From Malacoraja senta (Eukaryota): DNA of 64,000 bases. Positions 1 to 13,649 of this stretch are shown here, piece after piece. The stretch spans positions 178,498,001 through 178,562,000 of the forward strand of contig CM075978.1 of the NCBI GenBank assembly GCA_038087875.1, given 5' to 3'. The notes under the pieces were generated by a model that did not search any database, was not told the DNA's origin, and saw nothing but the letters and a program-made list of their open reading frames with translations. How positions within the stretch are numbered: position 1 is the stretch's first letter; each line of letters starts with the position of its first letter. The translations under genes and the position numbers were made by a program.

Positions 1-294
1 TGATTCTTATTTTTCAAAGTCTCTCATAGGAAACAATGAGCGTATAGAGCCCAGGGAGAGGGGGAGAAAGGGACGTACACTCACAGAGGCAGAGTCTCTC
101 AGCCTGTGTGAGAGGGAGGGAGGGAGAGAGAGACACACACACAAGGTGGATGTGAAATCTCACCTACCTGTTTCAGTGACAGGCACCCGCAGCCAGTGAA
201 TGAAGACACCCCCATCTGTCTCCCCCTCCTCTCCCTCCACTCTCCACCCTCTCTCCTCTACCCCACCCCCTCACCCCCCCTCCCCCAATTTGGA

Positions 295-352
295 AATGTC
301 ATCCCATCACCCATTCCTTCTCTCCAGAGATGCTGCCTGCCCTCTGAGTTAA
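295..352 (+). repeat. Penelope-like element terminal fragment
   Basis: cccattccttctctccagagatgctgcctg matches the terminal segment of the Penelope element at 21800-21865 and the copy at 15275-15371. Confidence 0.55.
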
Positions 353-379
353 AGAGTTCCCACTTGCAGCAGCAAAACA

Positions 380-690
380 GGCCAGTAAACACAATACTCA
401 TAGATAGTATACTAAACAAAGAAAATATATTAAAAAATCCAGTATTATTGCAAAAATCCCAAAGTCCTTAGTGCAACCAAGGCAGTTTGTAGTTCATAGT
501 TTAGTTAGCATTTGTTGCGTTCAAAAGCCCGATGGTTGTTGGGAAGAAGCTGTTCTTGAACCTGGAGGTCATGGTTTTCAGATTCTTATACCTTCTGCTC
601 AGCAGGAATGAAATGAGAGCATGGCCAGGGTAGTGTGGGTCCATGACAATGCTGGCTGCCTTTTTGAGGCAGCACCTCCTATAGAACCCT
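380..690 (-). mobile_element. Decayed Rex1/Babar-like non-LTR retrotransposon 3' fragment
   Basis: gggaagaagctgttcttgaacctgg...gctgcctttttgaggcagc resembles the antisense 3' end of Rex1-type elements; no ORF left. Confidence 0.4.
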
Positions 691-1126
691 TTGATTCAGT
701 AAAGTTCAGTAAAGAGATCGGGAATCTGGCATCATGGCTTGAGAATAAAACCCAGCCTTTAACATCCGCATAATGAAAGAGTTGGTGTTGTCCTACGGAA
801 CAGGGGTGCAGGAGAGGTGAACACATCCCTGTCTTCTTCAACAGCACTGGTAGAGATGGCTTCTGGACGTGACTGGCAAACCTCAGATTAGGCTGCCATG
901 AAGTGTCATAAAATGTTCTCACGCTGTTCCTCAATACTGGTTTGTCTTAAGGTTGTGAGCTCAGTCCCAAATACACAACATTTATATATAAACTTAAAGC
1001 AATTTTTTCTTTTCTACCCACTCTGTCACCTTATCAATAACTTACTTAACTTTGTTAAGCAGAATTTGTCTTTAAAAAGTCTAAGTAACTGATATTTCTG
1101 TCCCTGATTATTGTTTCTAAAAAGAG

Positions 1127-1432
1127 TTCCCACGGTAGACTCACGAGTCACAGTTAAACGCACGGGCCACTACGTTCTTACAACGAGTTTAAAATGTTTC
1201 AAATTTTAACCTCAAGAGTACATTTTACTCGTGGAAAAGTTCAAACATGTTTGAACTTTTGCAAGAGTTAACAAGTTTCACGTGTACCTCCCGTTAGCGC
1301 CAAGAGTCGCTAAGTTGCGTCCACGAGTTCCGACGTTCCCGCTACGTTAATCGTACGTGATTACCACGAGTTAAATTTGTTTTAAACTCGGGGTCACTCG
1401 TGGGTCAACTCGCACAGTGAGACAGACCTTTA
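1127..1432. mobile_element. Palindromic, CpG-rich MITE remnant
   Basis: Perfect 26-bp palindrome aaaagttcaaacatgtttgaactttt at 1235-1260; repeated cacgag/ctcgtg motifs on both arms; TIR-like right end cagtgagacagacctttaa. Confidence 0.55.
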
Positions 1433-2276
1433 AGCACTTTAGAGGCCATGGGACTGATGAAAATTGCAGACAATGTAAAAAGTAATAAAAACAATGAACT
1501 TCAATTGGCTGGGAAGTAATTATTATAGTAGAGTAATGCAATGAGGATTTGTTGTCCTTTTGGTGAAAGTGCTCCTATAGAGGTCTTGGAGAATTAGACC
1601 CGGCGACAATAGAGAAATAATGACTTTTTAAAAAAGACTTGGGAATGGGGGTGAGGTGGGTGACCTGCAGGTGATGGAATTGTCTTGTGCTTGCTTGGTG
1701 GTAGAGGGCATGCTGTTGGAATAGCCTAGGTGAGCAACTGCAAATCACTGTAAATGGTCCACACTGTGTATTAGTGGTGGAGGGAGTGAATGTTCACCAT
1801 ACAGATGCTAGTCTCACAGACTGTTTTGTTCTGGATGATGCCGAGTCTCAGGAGAGTTGGAACTGCACTCGTTCAGCCAAAGGGAGAATATTTCATCACA
1901 CTCCCGACTTGGCTACATCAATCAAAGACATTGGATTAGCTTCAGATTGACAATAATTACACTTTACACATCAGAGGTGTTATCTTAGCAGGGTCTCAGT
2001 CAGCACTGTGCCGCAAAGGTGCAAAGACCCTGTGGTAGCGGGATTGGCACCAGGTCAACCTGGGCCAGATTTCCCTAGCAAACTCCGAAGGCAGCTCAGA
2101 AAGTGATGTAACCTGGCATGTTTCAGATATCCAAACGCAACTCCTGCTGGGAACCATTCAATTATAAATCCATAATGATGCATATTGATCTAGAAAAAGT
2201 CTTCTCATTTCACTCAATAGTTAGCTCATCTCCAATAAAGTCGCATTCTTTAATCCAAGCTCCTGAATTTACTTAG

Positions 2277-2413
2277 TCAAGGGATATGGGGGAAAAAGCA
2301 TAAACGGGGTACTGATTTTGGATGATCAGCCATGATCATATTGAATGGTGGTGCTGGCTTGAAGGACTGAATGGCCTACTCCTACACCTATTTCCTATGT
2401 TTCTATGTTTCTA
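2277..2413 (+). repeat. CR1 LINE 3' tail
   Basis: gatgatcagccatgatcatattgaatgg followed by (ctatgttt)n, as at 4750-4839. Confidence 0.85.
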
Positions 2414-2955
2414 GTAGCTTGCATGTAATATCAATAGTCCAAAACCTTTGTGAATCAGTATGGTAGGTTTTTACAGGGTGTATTAAGAAAGTTGAAGTGA
2501 GACATGGGTTTCCATGCTGTATCACTCTGACTCCAACAGTGCAGAGCTTGTGAAACAATTCAAATCAAACAGAATTAGAAGAGTGTAGATATCTCAGGCT
2601 TTAGGGCAAAAGACTCTTTCAAAGAGAAGTAAAACAATAGAAGGGTTTGAAAGGATAAGTATTTTCAAGAAGCACAGCCACCACGGTTGGTCAGTCATCG
2701 AATGATGGGTTAACAGGATTCGGCAAGTGGGCTCAATTTAGAGAGAGATGGATGTTGGAGAGGAACTGAGTTAGTATTTGATGGAAGTGGAAACTTGATT
2801 AGAGAGAATCAAATTGGCACTAGCAGGAAGGGTGGAAAGTGTGCAGAGAGAAGGGAGGTTGTAGATTGGCCTTAACGTGCAACTCCGGAGGAGCTAAGGG
2901 CTTTAAAGTAGAGGACATGCAATGAAGACAGATTTAGAAGAGGGAAGATTTAGAA

Positions 2956-4839
2956 GAAAGAAAACTGGCAGGGAACATAAAAACTGACTGCAAAGGTTTT
3001 TATAGATATGTGAACAGAAAGAGATTAGTTAAAACAAATGTAGGTCCCTTGCAGTCAGAAACAGGTGAATTGATCATGGGGAACAAGGACATGGCAGACC
3101 AATTGAATAACTACTTTGGTTCTGTCTTCACTAAGGAAGACATAAATAATCTGCCGGAAATAGCAAGGGACCGTGGGTCAAATGAGATAGAGGAACTGAG
3201 TGAAATCCAGGTTAGCCGGGAAGTGGAGTTAGGTAAATTGAATGGATTAAAGGCCGATAAATCCCCAGGGCCAGATAGGCTGCATACCAGAGTACTTAAG
3301 GAAGTAGCCCCAGAAATAGTGGATGCATTAGTGATAATTTTTCAAAACTCTTTAGATTCTGGAGTAGTTCCTGAGGATTGGAGGGTAGCTAATGTAACCC
3401 AACTTTTTAAAAAGGGAGGGAGAGAGAAAACGGGGAATTACAGACCAGTTAGTCTAACATCGGTCGTGGGGAAACATGCTAGAGTCAGTTATTAAAGATG
3501 GGATAGCAGCATATTTGGAAAGTGGTGAAATCATTGGACAAAGTCAGCATGGATTTACAAAAGGTAAATCATGTCTGACGAATCTTATAGAATTTTTGAG
3601 GATGTAACTAGTAGAGTGGATAAGGGAGAACCAGTGGATATGTTATATCTGGACTTTCAGAAGGCTTTCGACAAGGTCCCACATAAGAGATTAGTATACA
3701 AACTTAAAGCACACTGTATTGGGGGTTCAGTATTGATGTGGATAGAGAACTGGCTGGCAAACAGGAAGCAAAGAGTAGGAGTAAACGGGTCCTTTTCAGA
3801 ATGGCAGGCAGTGACTAGTGGGGTACCGCAAGGCTCAGTGCTGGGACCCCAGCTATTTACAATATATATTAATGATTTGGATGAGGGAATTGAATGCAAC
3901 ATCTCCAAGTTTGCGGATGACACGAAGCTGGGGGGCAGTGTTAGCTGTGAGGAGGATGCTAGGAGGCTGCAAGGTGACTTGGATAGGCTGGGTGAGTGGG
4001 CAAATGCATGGCAGATGCAGTATAATGTGGATAAATGTGAGGTTATCCACTTTGGTGGCAAAAACAGGAAAGTAGACTATTATCTAAATGGTGGCCGATT
4101 AGGAAAAGGGGAGATGCAACGAGACCTGGGTGTCATGGTACACCAGTCATTGAAAGTAGGCATGCAGGTGCAGCAGGCAGTGAAGAAAGCGAATGGTATG
4201 TTAGCATTCATAGCAAAAGGATTTGAGTATAGGAGCAGGGAGGTTCTACTGCAGTTGTACAGGGTCTTGGTGAGACCACACCTGGAGTATTGCGTACAGC
4301 TTTGGTCTCCAAATCTGAGGAAAGACATTCTTGCCATAGAGGGAGTACAGAGAAGGTTCACCAGATTGATTCCTGGGATGTCAGGACTTTCATATGAAGA
4401 AAGACTGGATAGACTTGGCTTGTACTCGCTAGAATTTAGAAGATTGAGGGGAGATCTTATAGAAAAATTCTTAAGGGGTTGGACAGGCTAGATGCAGGAA
4501 GATTGTTCCCGATGTTGGGGAAGTCCAGGACAAGGGGTCACAGTTTAAGGATTAAGGGGAAATCCTTTAGGACCGAGATGAGAAAAACATTTTTCACACA
4601 GAGAGTGGTGAATCTCTGGAACTCTCTGCCACAGAAGGTAATTGAGGCCAGTTCATTGGCTATATTTAAGAGGGAGTTAGATGTGGCCCTTGTGGCTAAA
4701 GGGATCAGGGGGTATGGAGAGAAGGCAGGTACAGGATACTGAGTTGGATGATCAGCCATGATCATATTGAATGGCGGTGCAGGCTCGAAGGGCCGAATGG
4801 CCTACTCCTGCACCTATTTTCTATGTTTCTATGTTTCTA
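2956..4839 (+). mobile_element. CR1-A (HER1-like) LINE, 5'-truncated, frameshifted ORF2 (RT domain)
   Basis: ORFs 3010-3495, 3571-4491 and 4479-4742 give [31 protein letters not shown] and FADD; ends in (ctatgttt)n; nearly identical to 48702-51958. Confidence 0.95.
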
Positions 4840-7750
4840 ATAGCAGCAGTGATGGGAGGACAGTTCACAACATCATCTAATGTGAGAGCAATGGAGGAAT
4901 TTTGGATAGCTAGCAATTTAATTGGAAGAATATTGAGGGAATATGAGGTGGGTTTCTTGGGATAAGATGACTTCAGAGAGGAAGGTCATGTGGTGGTGGG
5001 GGGGGGGGAGATAAAAAAAAAATAGGAGATGCAGGTCAGGGTGAAGCAAGGCTAGTCTTCACCTGGTGGACTGATGCGAGTGAGAGAGGTGGGCAGGACA
5101 TCAAATGGATGGCCTTAACATTGGTGACAATTTTCATGTGTTTCTCGATAGGAGCAAGAATGGAGGATACAAGGAAGGGGGAATTCTGAGAATAGTAGAA
5201 AAATTGTTTCAAACTGATTATTCTACACCAGGAGTTCCTGGAATAGAGATTATTCGAAGCAGTTGTATAAAATGAATATACTAGGGAATATTGCTGAATG
5301 GAGAAAGCATGTCTGGCATGTACACATAATACCTACATCTCAAATCTCAGTGATGAATGCTTTACATGTGCAAATAACCAGAGTAGATCACACATAGGCT
5401 TTAATGGGTACAATGCATCACCCATTTGGGGATGAGCAAGAATATGGTTGGACAGACCCGAAACCGCACAAACATTGTGATCAATACAGTGCCAAAGTTG
5501 AGAGAAATACAGTTGGACACTAACTGAAAAAGAGTAAAACACCAGCGTTCATTTCCAACTCTGGTTAACAAAATGGTGGGTGTTGGCAGAATGGATGAAG
5601 AGAGTTAGTTCAGTGGACATTTGCGGTGGTGGATAGCAGGGAAAGCCAGAAGGAGAGATAGGCAAGACAGGCAGGAGCAAGGTAAGAGCATGGAGTTGCA
5701 AGTCTTCTGGGTGTTTGGTGAGTGAACATTAAAAAGCATTGACACTGCGCTACTTCTCAGTGATGCTTACAAACTGACACCAATATTTGAAAGATAAACA
5801 AACCCATCTTAGAAGGAAGAAATGCTTCATCTGACAATACCTGCTGGGAAAACATTTCGACTGAGCACATTGTAAATTTATCATACAAATTTGGCTTCAT
5901 AATTCTATATACATGAACAAACAAACAATTTACATGGTATAAGTACAACTTGTTTGATGATTAATTGTGAGAATTGCTTAAACGATGCCTCAAGTTAGAT
6001 TCATGGCAACTGGACATAGACACTATTGAAGCAAAGTATTCCCAGAAGCCAGACAGATCTTATCAAATGTCTCATCACCAGGCTGCTCAGATATCACCCT
6101 TCAAGTCATTTTTCTATGGCACAGATGCACAATGAGATGTCATAAAATAATCTAGGCTGGCTGGGAAACACGCGCTAAGTGATACAATCATTGCCTTGAC
6201 ATTTGAAGACCATGAGGTCAATAAAATAATTTCTGCCACTAAACATTTTCAGAACGGCAGCGAGGCGATGCAGTTCTCCTCAAGTGGAGGGGGGGGGGGG
6301 GAAGAGTGTTGGTGGCAGCAGTGAGCAAACCTTCAAGGTACAAGGTTAAATGGCAGTTATTTAAAATGGAGATTCAGTCGGTTAGTAACAACTCATAGCC
6401 GACAGTGGCGAAAGCTGTAGAATTTTGAGAGGTTTGACAACAGGGCATGTTTGAAAGATCAAGGAATTGAGGGCTGGGGAACTATCACAGAGGAAATTAA
6501 GCAACATAGTTAGGGTCAGGTTGAAAGGCGGACTGGTTTAAGGAAGCCAGTGGCCCATTCCGGTTTCAATCTTCTGGTGTTCTTGTGCTAGTGTTTTACA
6601 AATTGCTAGAGGAAGATACCAATGAAGATGGGCGAGGCCAAAATAATCCAAAGTTACGGCCATTTCCCTATACTATACTACTCCATACCTCTATGACTCC
6701 AAAGCCCGCTAAAATTAACACTAAAAGTGGAGCCAAAAGGAGGTCGAAGTTAGAGAGATCTTTGGCCACAAATGATTCTGCCTATGAGATGAAAGGTAGA
6801 GCTTGCAGGGGAATTGAAAAATGGGGCAGAACATCCAATTGTGGATATTGCAAAGTTAAGCATAATCTTCCAACCTTCCTTAGAAATACAACAGGGGCCA
6901 GAGAATTGAAAATGTTGCACAATCGTTTAAAAGGGAGAGATGATAAACCAGACAATTAAGTATAAGTCAACCTAATGTCAGTTAGTTATTAACTGGGAGC
7001 TTGGAAAATTGGGATAATGATCAAATCAGCAAATCCCCATGCATTAACGTTGGTGTCAATAGACAAAGTGAATTATCACTGATGCAGATCATGAATCCAA
7101 GCACAGATCAGAGAAAGATTTCTGTTTATCATTTCTCCCTGCTGAGCCTTGGGCTGATGCAACCAGCTACATAACAGAGATGAAGCAAGTCTTTATCAAC
7201 ATGAGAAATGATAAGCACTATTAAGTGACACCAACTCCAATTGCGCATATTATTACTACTGTAGTTGTAATTGTCTCATCATTAGTGAATGTAAGGAAAT
7301 AAAAATTTGTCCTCATAATTTAAACCTATTAAAGGTCAGTGTCATTATGGTGAATCAGTTCTGTGATGACATGAAATAAATGCATCCATCAAAAAGGTTT
7401 GTGCTCAAAGCTGACAGGTATACTCCAACTAGGTTTGACTGACTTTCTGCAACTAACTATTTCTACTGTCATGTGATATAGGCCAGCAATTTATTCGACA
7501 ACTTAATGGACTGGTAAAACTTCAAAATGAATTTCTAAGAGATTGCCCTTATATCTTGTCAAGAATTATCAATTCAACGTAAAACTCCCATTTGAAAGCA
7601 TTTCCACTGATTAGGTGGAATGCCAATCTGTAAAGATTTACAATTTAGACCTTTACAACTGGCAGAAGAGACCATCAAATAAAGTATTTTAATCTACATT
7701 GCAGAGGGCAATAGTCTATTTCCAAGGGGCTACGGCAAACTCTGGGAGTT

Positions 7751-7857
7751 AGAAACATAGAAACATAGAAAATAGGTGCAGGAGTAGGCCATTCGGCCCT
7801 TCGAGCCTGCACCGCCATTCAATATGATCATGGCTGATCATCCAACTCGGTATCCTG
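7751..7857 (-). repeat. CR1-A 3' tail (about 105 bp)
   Basis: Reverse complement of 4735-4839. Confidence 0.9.
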
Positions 7858-9702
7858 GATCATATCCAATTCTTGGGAATAAACTGGTTTGACGACAGCT
7901 TGGAGAAAGAAGCATTGGTAATGTTAAAGGCTAATGACCTCTCATCAGAACCAGGAAAAAAGGTACAACACCTTTTCCCAAGTTGCAGAGAAGGGGAGAG
8001 CTAGCAAGTGGAATGAGAACAAGGGGAATGTTCTAGGGAGTAGATCAATAAAGACTTGTTCATTGTAGTCAAACTATTGGGAGGTGAATGCAGGTGAGAG
8101 ATGAAAAAACATGCTGGAACTGCGAGATCCAGAACAAATTACTTGAAATCTGAAATAATAAGAATGTCTAGAAAGACAGCAGGAGTGGAAAGAGAAGAAA
8201 ACTGATTAGTATAATGGTTAGATGACCATAGAAACAGGAGCAGGTCATTGGTCCTTTGGACCGATTGTATTTTTACCGCAGCACCCTTTCCAACACATTC
8301 CCTACATCTCAACTTAGAATCAGATTGCATAGCACAGAAGTGGCCCCTTTGGCACATGTCATCCATGCAGACCGTGATATCTATCTACACTTATTCCATT
8401 TGCATGCATTGGGCCTCCATCCTTCTATGTCTATCCAACTCGTCTCTATCCAAGAGCCTTTTTAACATTGTAATCATGCCTGCCACCTCTCCTCTGGCAG
8501 CTTGTTTTGGAAAACCACTGTCTTCTATGTGGAAAAATACCAGATGGTGGGAAGGGATGTGGTGAAAGGATAGAAGGAGCATCTCCTGTGATTGTAACGG
8601 GAGGACTGTGGTCATTGGTGGAATAAGGAGGTTGGAGGTCATGAGGGTGGGGGGGGGGGTACAATTCCTTTGCAATGCTGCAAGGGAGGGGAAGATGTGG
8701 AGGTGGCATCTCATGAAACATTGCACTAGTTAGAAGGGACAGGAGCTTGTGCAGCATTACCTCTGAGTTCAAGGAAAACCTCATCCCATCAACCACCAGG
8801 CTTTTGAATTACACTGCACAACCCTAAACCTTCCTCAACACCAAATTACAATGGATTTTGTAGAAGGTTGCAACATTTGATTGGCAATATTATGTTCTGG
8901 TTACCTAATGTAACCAAAATATATTGTATTATTGCTTATGGCACGTCTATTTGTTGCATTAATGAACCTGCAAGGCTGCAGCAAGTAAGAATTTAATCGT
9001 TCCAGTCCCAGTGCAAATGACAAGTAAATGCTCCTGACTGGACTCATTATGTTTGATGGCTTGAACGTGGAGGGGCGAGGAGAGAAAGATGAGGTTTGCT
9101 CTTTACATCCACTTCCCTCAAATATGTACCCGTCCACGCAAAAACAACATTTAGTACGTCAAACCTGTAAGAGGGCTTGTTACCCCCATCACAATGTATG
9201 TCACCAAAGTGGCTTTGGCGAGTGCCAAACTGTGCATTGCCTTCAGTAGGACAATTATTTTCTCCCAGCTTGAGAATAAGAAACTTGTGCAGAGGGGAGA
9301 CAGAGGAGAGGAGCAGAGACGACAATTTTTGAAAAGCATTTACAAGGAGCTTTCACCGACTGTTGAAAAGCATTTATAAATATTCAATTTTGCCACTCAG
9401 GCATCTGGTTGCTGGCAGCACACACAAAGCTACCCATTTGCAACCTGTCATCAGTCGAGGTCAAATAAAATTATTGAAAGTGGGGGGGAAAAAAACCCAA
9501 AACATGTTTATCAAACTGACTAAAGGAAAATTGCTGCAGGTTAGGGAAGAGACAAGCTGCAAGATGGTGCTGACACTTTATCAGACAGTTTGCAGCTCAT
9601 GCCGGCAGCAATCTCCATCCAATCCACTGCTACTGTGCTCTCCCCAGGCACACAGAAAAGACGCGCGCGGGGAGATATATCCTGACTCGCCCACCAACTC
9701 AC

Positions 9703-9917
9703 CTCAATTACAGCTGGCAATTAATTTTCAACACCGATTATAAACCAAGTTTCTTCAGGCCCAACCTTAAAGGAAAATAGATGCTTCCTTCAACATTAAT
9801 AAGTCGAAGGCAGCATCCATTTTACAGATTATTCTTCAATGGAAGTTGCAAAAATAAAATGCTTATTTGTTGCCTTCAGTCGGGCAATGATTTTCTACCA
9901 ACTTGAGAAAAAGAAAC
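9703..9917 (-). other. Candidate non-coding exon of the minus-strand host transcript
   Basis: Acceptor cccgtctcccctctgcgcag| at 9918 and donor GAG|gtgagt at 9702-9697; stops in all three frames. Confidence 0.3.
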
Positions 9918-10696
9918 CTGCGCAGAGGGGAGACGGGTTGATCAGCAGAAGAAAAATCCTTGAGTGTGTTTTCAACTGAGCTTACGTGGTTCTGCTAAAA
10001 TTACCTCGGTTCAGAGGCCTGGGAAGGGAATGGCTACTTATGGATGGATACAAATCTCAGTGGCTCCTGATCATCTGCATTTTGGCACGTTCTCTATAAT
10101 TGGACACGCTGCATCACATATTGTATGGGGTAGGCACTATTCTAGGCAAGACCATGTCCAGTTCCCTGCCATACACTTTGATCCCAAATTACCCAACACG
10201 TTTCACTTTCAGATCTTTACCAAAGTATAAGCTCATTCATCATAATAATAATGTTTCCAAATGAATTTAGAAAAAACAAAATGTTCTTCCATTCCTCTTA
10301 CAAGCTTGGCAACATCGACTAGAAGAGGATGGGACAGTCTGCCTTTCATTACAGTTCCATTAATATGGGGCCATTGACAATTACTATATCCCATGTACAG
10401 ACACAGCATCTGCTGCTGCTGCTTCACAGAACCGGAAGCCATCCCAGAACCAGCAGATACCACTTGGTATTAAATGACAGCAGAGAGCAGTACATTGGTC
10501 GGGCAAAGAGGTTGGGTGAACACTTCATCTACAAATAAGCTAGACCAGATGTCAAGGTGTTGACGTGGAAAGCATGCAGCAATGGTGCAGTGCTCACTTG
10601 GAAGCAAAGCTGGTTGTGATGCTACCACATTGTCCACGGTTTCCATTATTTCCACTGCCTTACAAATGGTAGAAAGGCCTTGCAGAGTTGCTCACG

Positions 10697-11092
10697 ATAT
10701 GATACAATAGAACTTTATTTATCCCAGGAGAGAAATTGATCTGCCAACTGTCATAAAACACAAAATTTAATTAAAGTGACAGGTGGAAAGGATTGGGGAT
10801 GTGCAAAGATTGGGGGGTGGGGGGGGGGGGGGGGGAGGGGGACTCAGTCTGCCCCACGACAGAAGGGGGAGGTGTTGCACAGTTTGATACCCAGAGGGAA
10901 GAATGATCTCCTGTGGCGTTTTGTACTGCATCTTGGTAAAACCCGTCTGTTGCCGAAGGTACTCCTCAGGTTGACCATGGAGGGGGTGAGCTGTAATATC
11001 CAAGATGCTCTGCAGTTTGAGGAGCATTCTCCCCTCTTAGACCGCCTCCCAGGAATCCAACTCTGCCTCCAGGACGGAGCCAGCCTCCCTGA
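10697..11092 (-). mobile_element. Rex1/Babar-like LINE 3' fragment
   Basis: Translates to LKLQSILDITAHPLH...RHRRSFFP.GIKL; tail ataaataaagttctattgtatc; same family as 13038-13384. Confidence 0.75.
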
Positions 11093-13037
11093 TGATTCCT
11101 CACTGTAAGCTATGCGGCTGTTAACTTGCTCTTGCAGCCGCAGTGTTGTCTGGTTGAGCCTATCGAGTGCTTGGTCAGTGATGGCCAACCACCCATGCCC
11201 CACAGGATATTAGGGGTAGGTGGTTAGATATCCTCTCGTAGCAATGTCTGCAGAAGATATCTGTAGTGCATTACCAAGGCTGGATGGTTGCAGAAATCTA
11301 GAAAGTGATGCAATGTGTAGAATTCCAGCTAAAGTGCTGCAAGGTTCAGCTCATGAGAACAGAGATGCAGATATGTCATTTGTTAGTTTGATCTCGCCAT
11401 CTCTGGCCAACTTTGGTTATTGACTGTCCGTGGAATTCAATGTTTCCCGTTCTATGTGTGCACCTTTGCCTGAGAAAATGGTATAACAGAGTCAAACATG
11501 ATTGTTAGTTAAAAGTGCTTAGAAAGAGGCGAAAGACCAGTTTGCTTAAACAGATCAGATTACCTCAATAAGAGGTTATCTTAACTTGAATGCAGCGGGT
11601 GTGGAGACATTTTGAATACAAACCCAATGTGAACACAGTGCCATTGAAATTACTTTTTCACTTGAATCACATTGCTGCAAAGTAACTCCATTACAACTAC
11701 TGAGACGGAGTCTGGCCACATGGAACGCAAATCAAACTAGATTGGTAACATATTAAAAAATAGCTGACATGTCAGAATGGAAAGGTGTTAGAGCTGCAGC
11801 TTTATTTGCTGATGTTTGAAGGAAAGGGCTGTGCGGAACTCAGTATTTAATCAAAGAGGAAGTTGCAGTTGCAATTATTAATCCCAAGCCAGCTTTACCA
11901 GCGCCCAAGGTACTACAATGGGAAAGGGTGACTTGACCAGTCGCCTGGGAGGTGTGCCTGAGTGGATTGATTCTGGGACTATTGTGAGCATACATAAGAT
12001 TCAACTCCGAGCATAATGGAGTAAAGAGAAAGGTATCAGTGTCAAGTGTTATATGGTTACTATAATCTCTTAAAATCAAATCGAGGTATTTCAGCACAGA
12101 GTAAAGAATTCTACTTTTTAATCATCATTCACCAAAATCCCAAGTCAGGGCTTCTGCTGATGCACAGCGCTACCATCTATGTGTAAGCTTGCTGCTTTGG
12201 AGGCATTCCAGATAACAGTAGGTTTAGTGGGCTGGTCACTGACTATCTTGAGCAACGCCATTCTGCAGAAGTTGCTTTCGGTTTACCGGCCCTTCTCCTA
12301 TCAGGAACCTTTCTTTTTTACTTGCTTTTGGTAGCTCCACTTGACTTTCATTTAAGAACACATTTTAAACAGATGGTGCACCAATTCCTATCTGAATGCT
12401 TAGCATCTGCAATATTGAACTGAGCTCCTTTCAGTTAAGCTAAGGATTTACATTCATAGTCCTCTTGTCTGCTGGCCCCAACACAATATCCAGGAAGCAA
12501 GAATAGATCACTCAGCTCCTTACTTACTGCACCCACATACTATCCTTCTGCCAATTATATGCTCAGACACACAGATCCCTCTTCATTATTGAGTGCTGCA
12601 ACCTTACAACATTTAGTGTATTATGAAAAATACTTTTCCATTATTAAACATGATTTCCAGATCTTTTCACTCACTTATCTACATCCTTCCATAGCCACTT
12701 TAAATCCTTTTCACAATTTACTTGCCAACCATTCATAAAGTTTCAATCGAATGACCAGAATCCGCGAACAAAATGTTTTTCATCATTGAATGCGTCTTAT
12801 TCTCCAAACTTTTCCCCGTTTGGCTTCAGAACTGTTTATTTCTGTCTGTCGATGTCATTTTTGATTTTCTTTGGTACAACCTGGCCCGCTGCACACAAGT
12901 CACACCCTCAACATTAACAGCACACAGCACAGACAAGGCTACTTAATCGGACCTTCATGGCTACATTAGGTCAGCTCAGACATATTCCCTTTGTTCCACC
13001 CATCTCCAGTTCTGACAAGGGGTCTCATCTCGGAAAT

Positions 13038-13384
13038 CAGGAGGTGGTCAAACTGCAGAGCATCCTGGACTATACAGCTCACCCCCTCCATGACACACTG
13101 ATCAACCTGAGGAGTACCTTCAGCAACAGGCTGGTTCTAGCAAGATGCAGGACAGAACGCCACAGGAGATCTTTCTTCCCTGTGGCTATCAAACTGTACA
13201 ACTCCTCCCCCTTCGGTCGTGGGGTAGACTGAGACTGACTATCCCCTCCCCCCCAATCTTTTCACATCCCCCAATCCTTTCCACTCATCACTTTAATTTA
13301 AAGTTTCATGTATTTTGTGTTTTTATGACTGTTTATGATCAACTTCTCTCCTGGGATAAATAAAGTTCTATTGTATCGTATCGT
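13038..13384 (+). mobile_element. Rex1/Babar-like LINE 3' fragment inserted into a Penelope tail
   Basis: KLQSILDYTAHPLHDTLINLRSTFSNRL...RSFFPVAIKLYN; AATAAA plus (tatcg)n tail; flanked by aaat at 13034-13037 and 13385-13388. Confidence 0.8.
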
Positions 13385-13649
13385 AAATGTTAGCTTTTTC
13401 TCTTTCCACAGATGCTACCTGTCCTGCTGAGTGTTCCCACATAACATTATTATATCATTTTAACATCCCTTTTCACTTCACCCACATTGGTCCTCTGCCA
13501 ATTGACCTATTTTGTGCATTTATTTGTTCCTCATCTTTTTCCATAAATATTCTAAGCATGATATACTAAATATCAGTGCTCCGTTCAAAGCTCCGATATC
13601 TTGCAATAAATGAGACAGCAATTTTTGGTTCCCGAACACAATTAAACCT

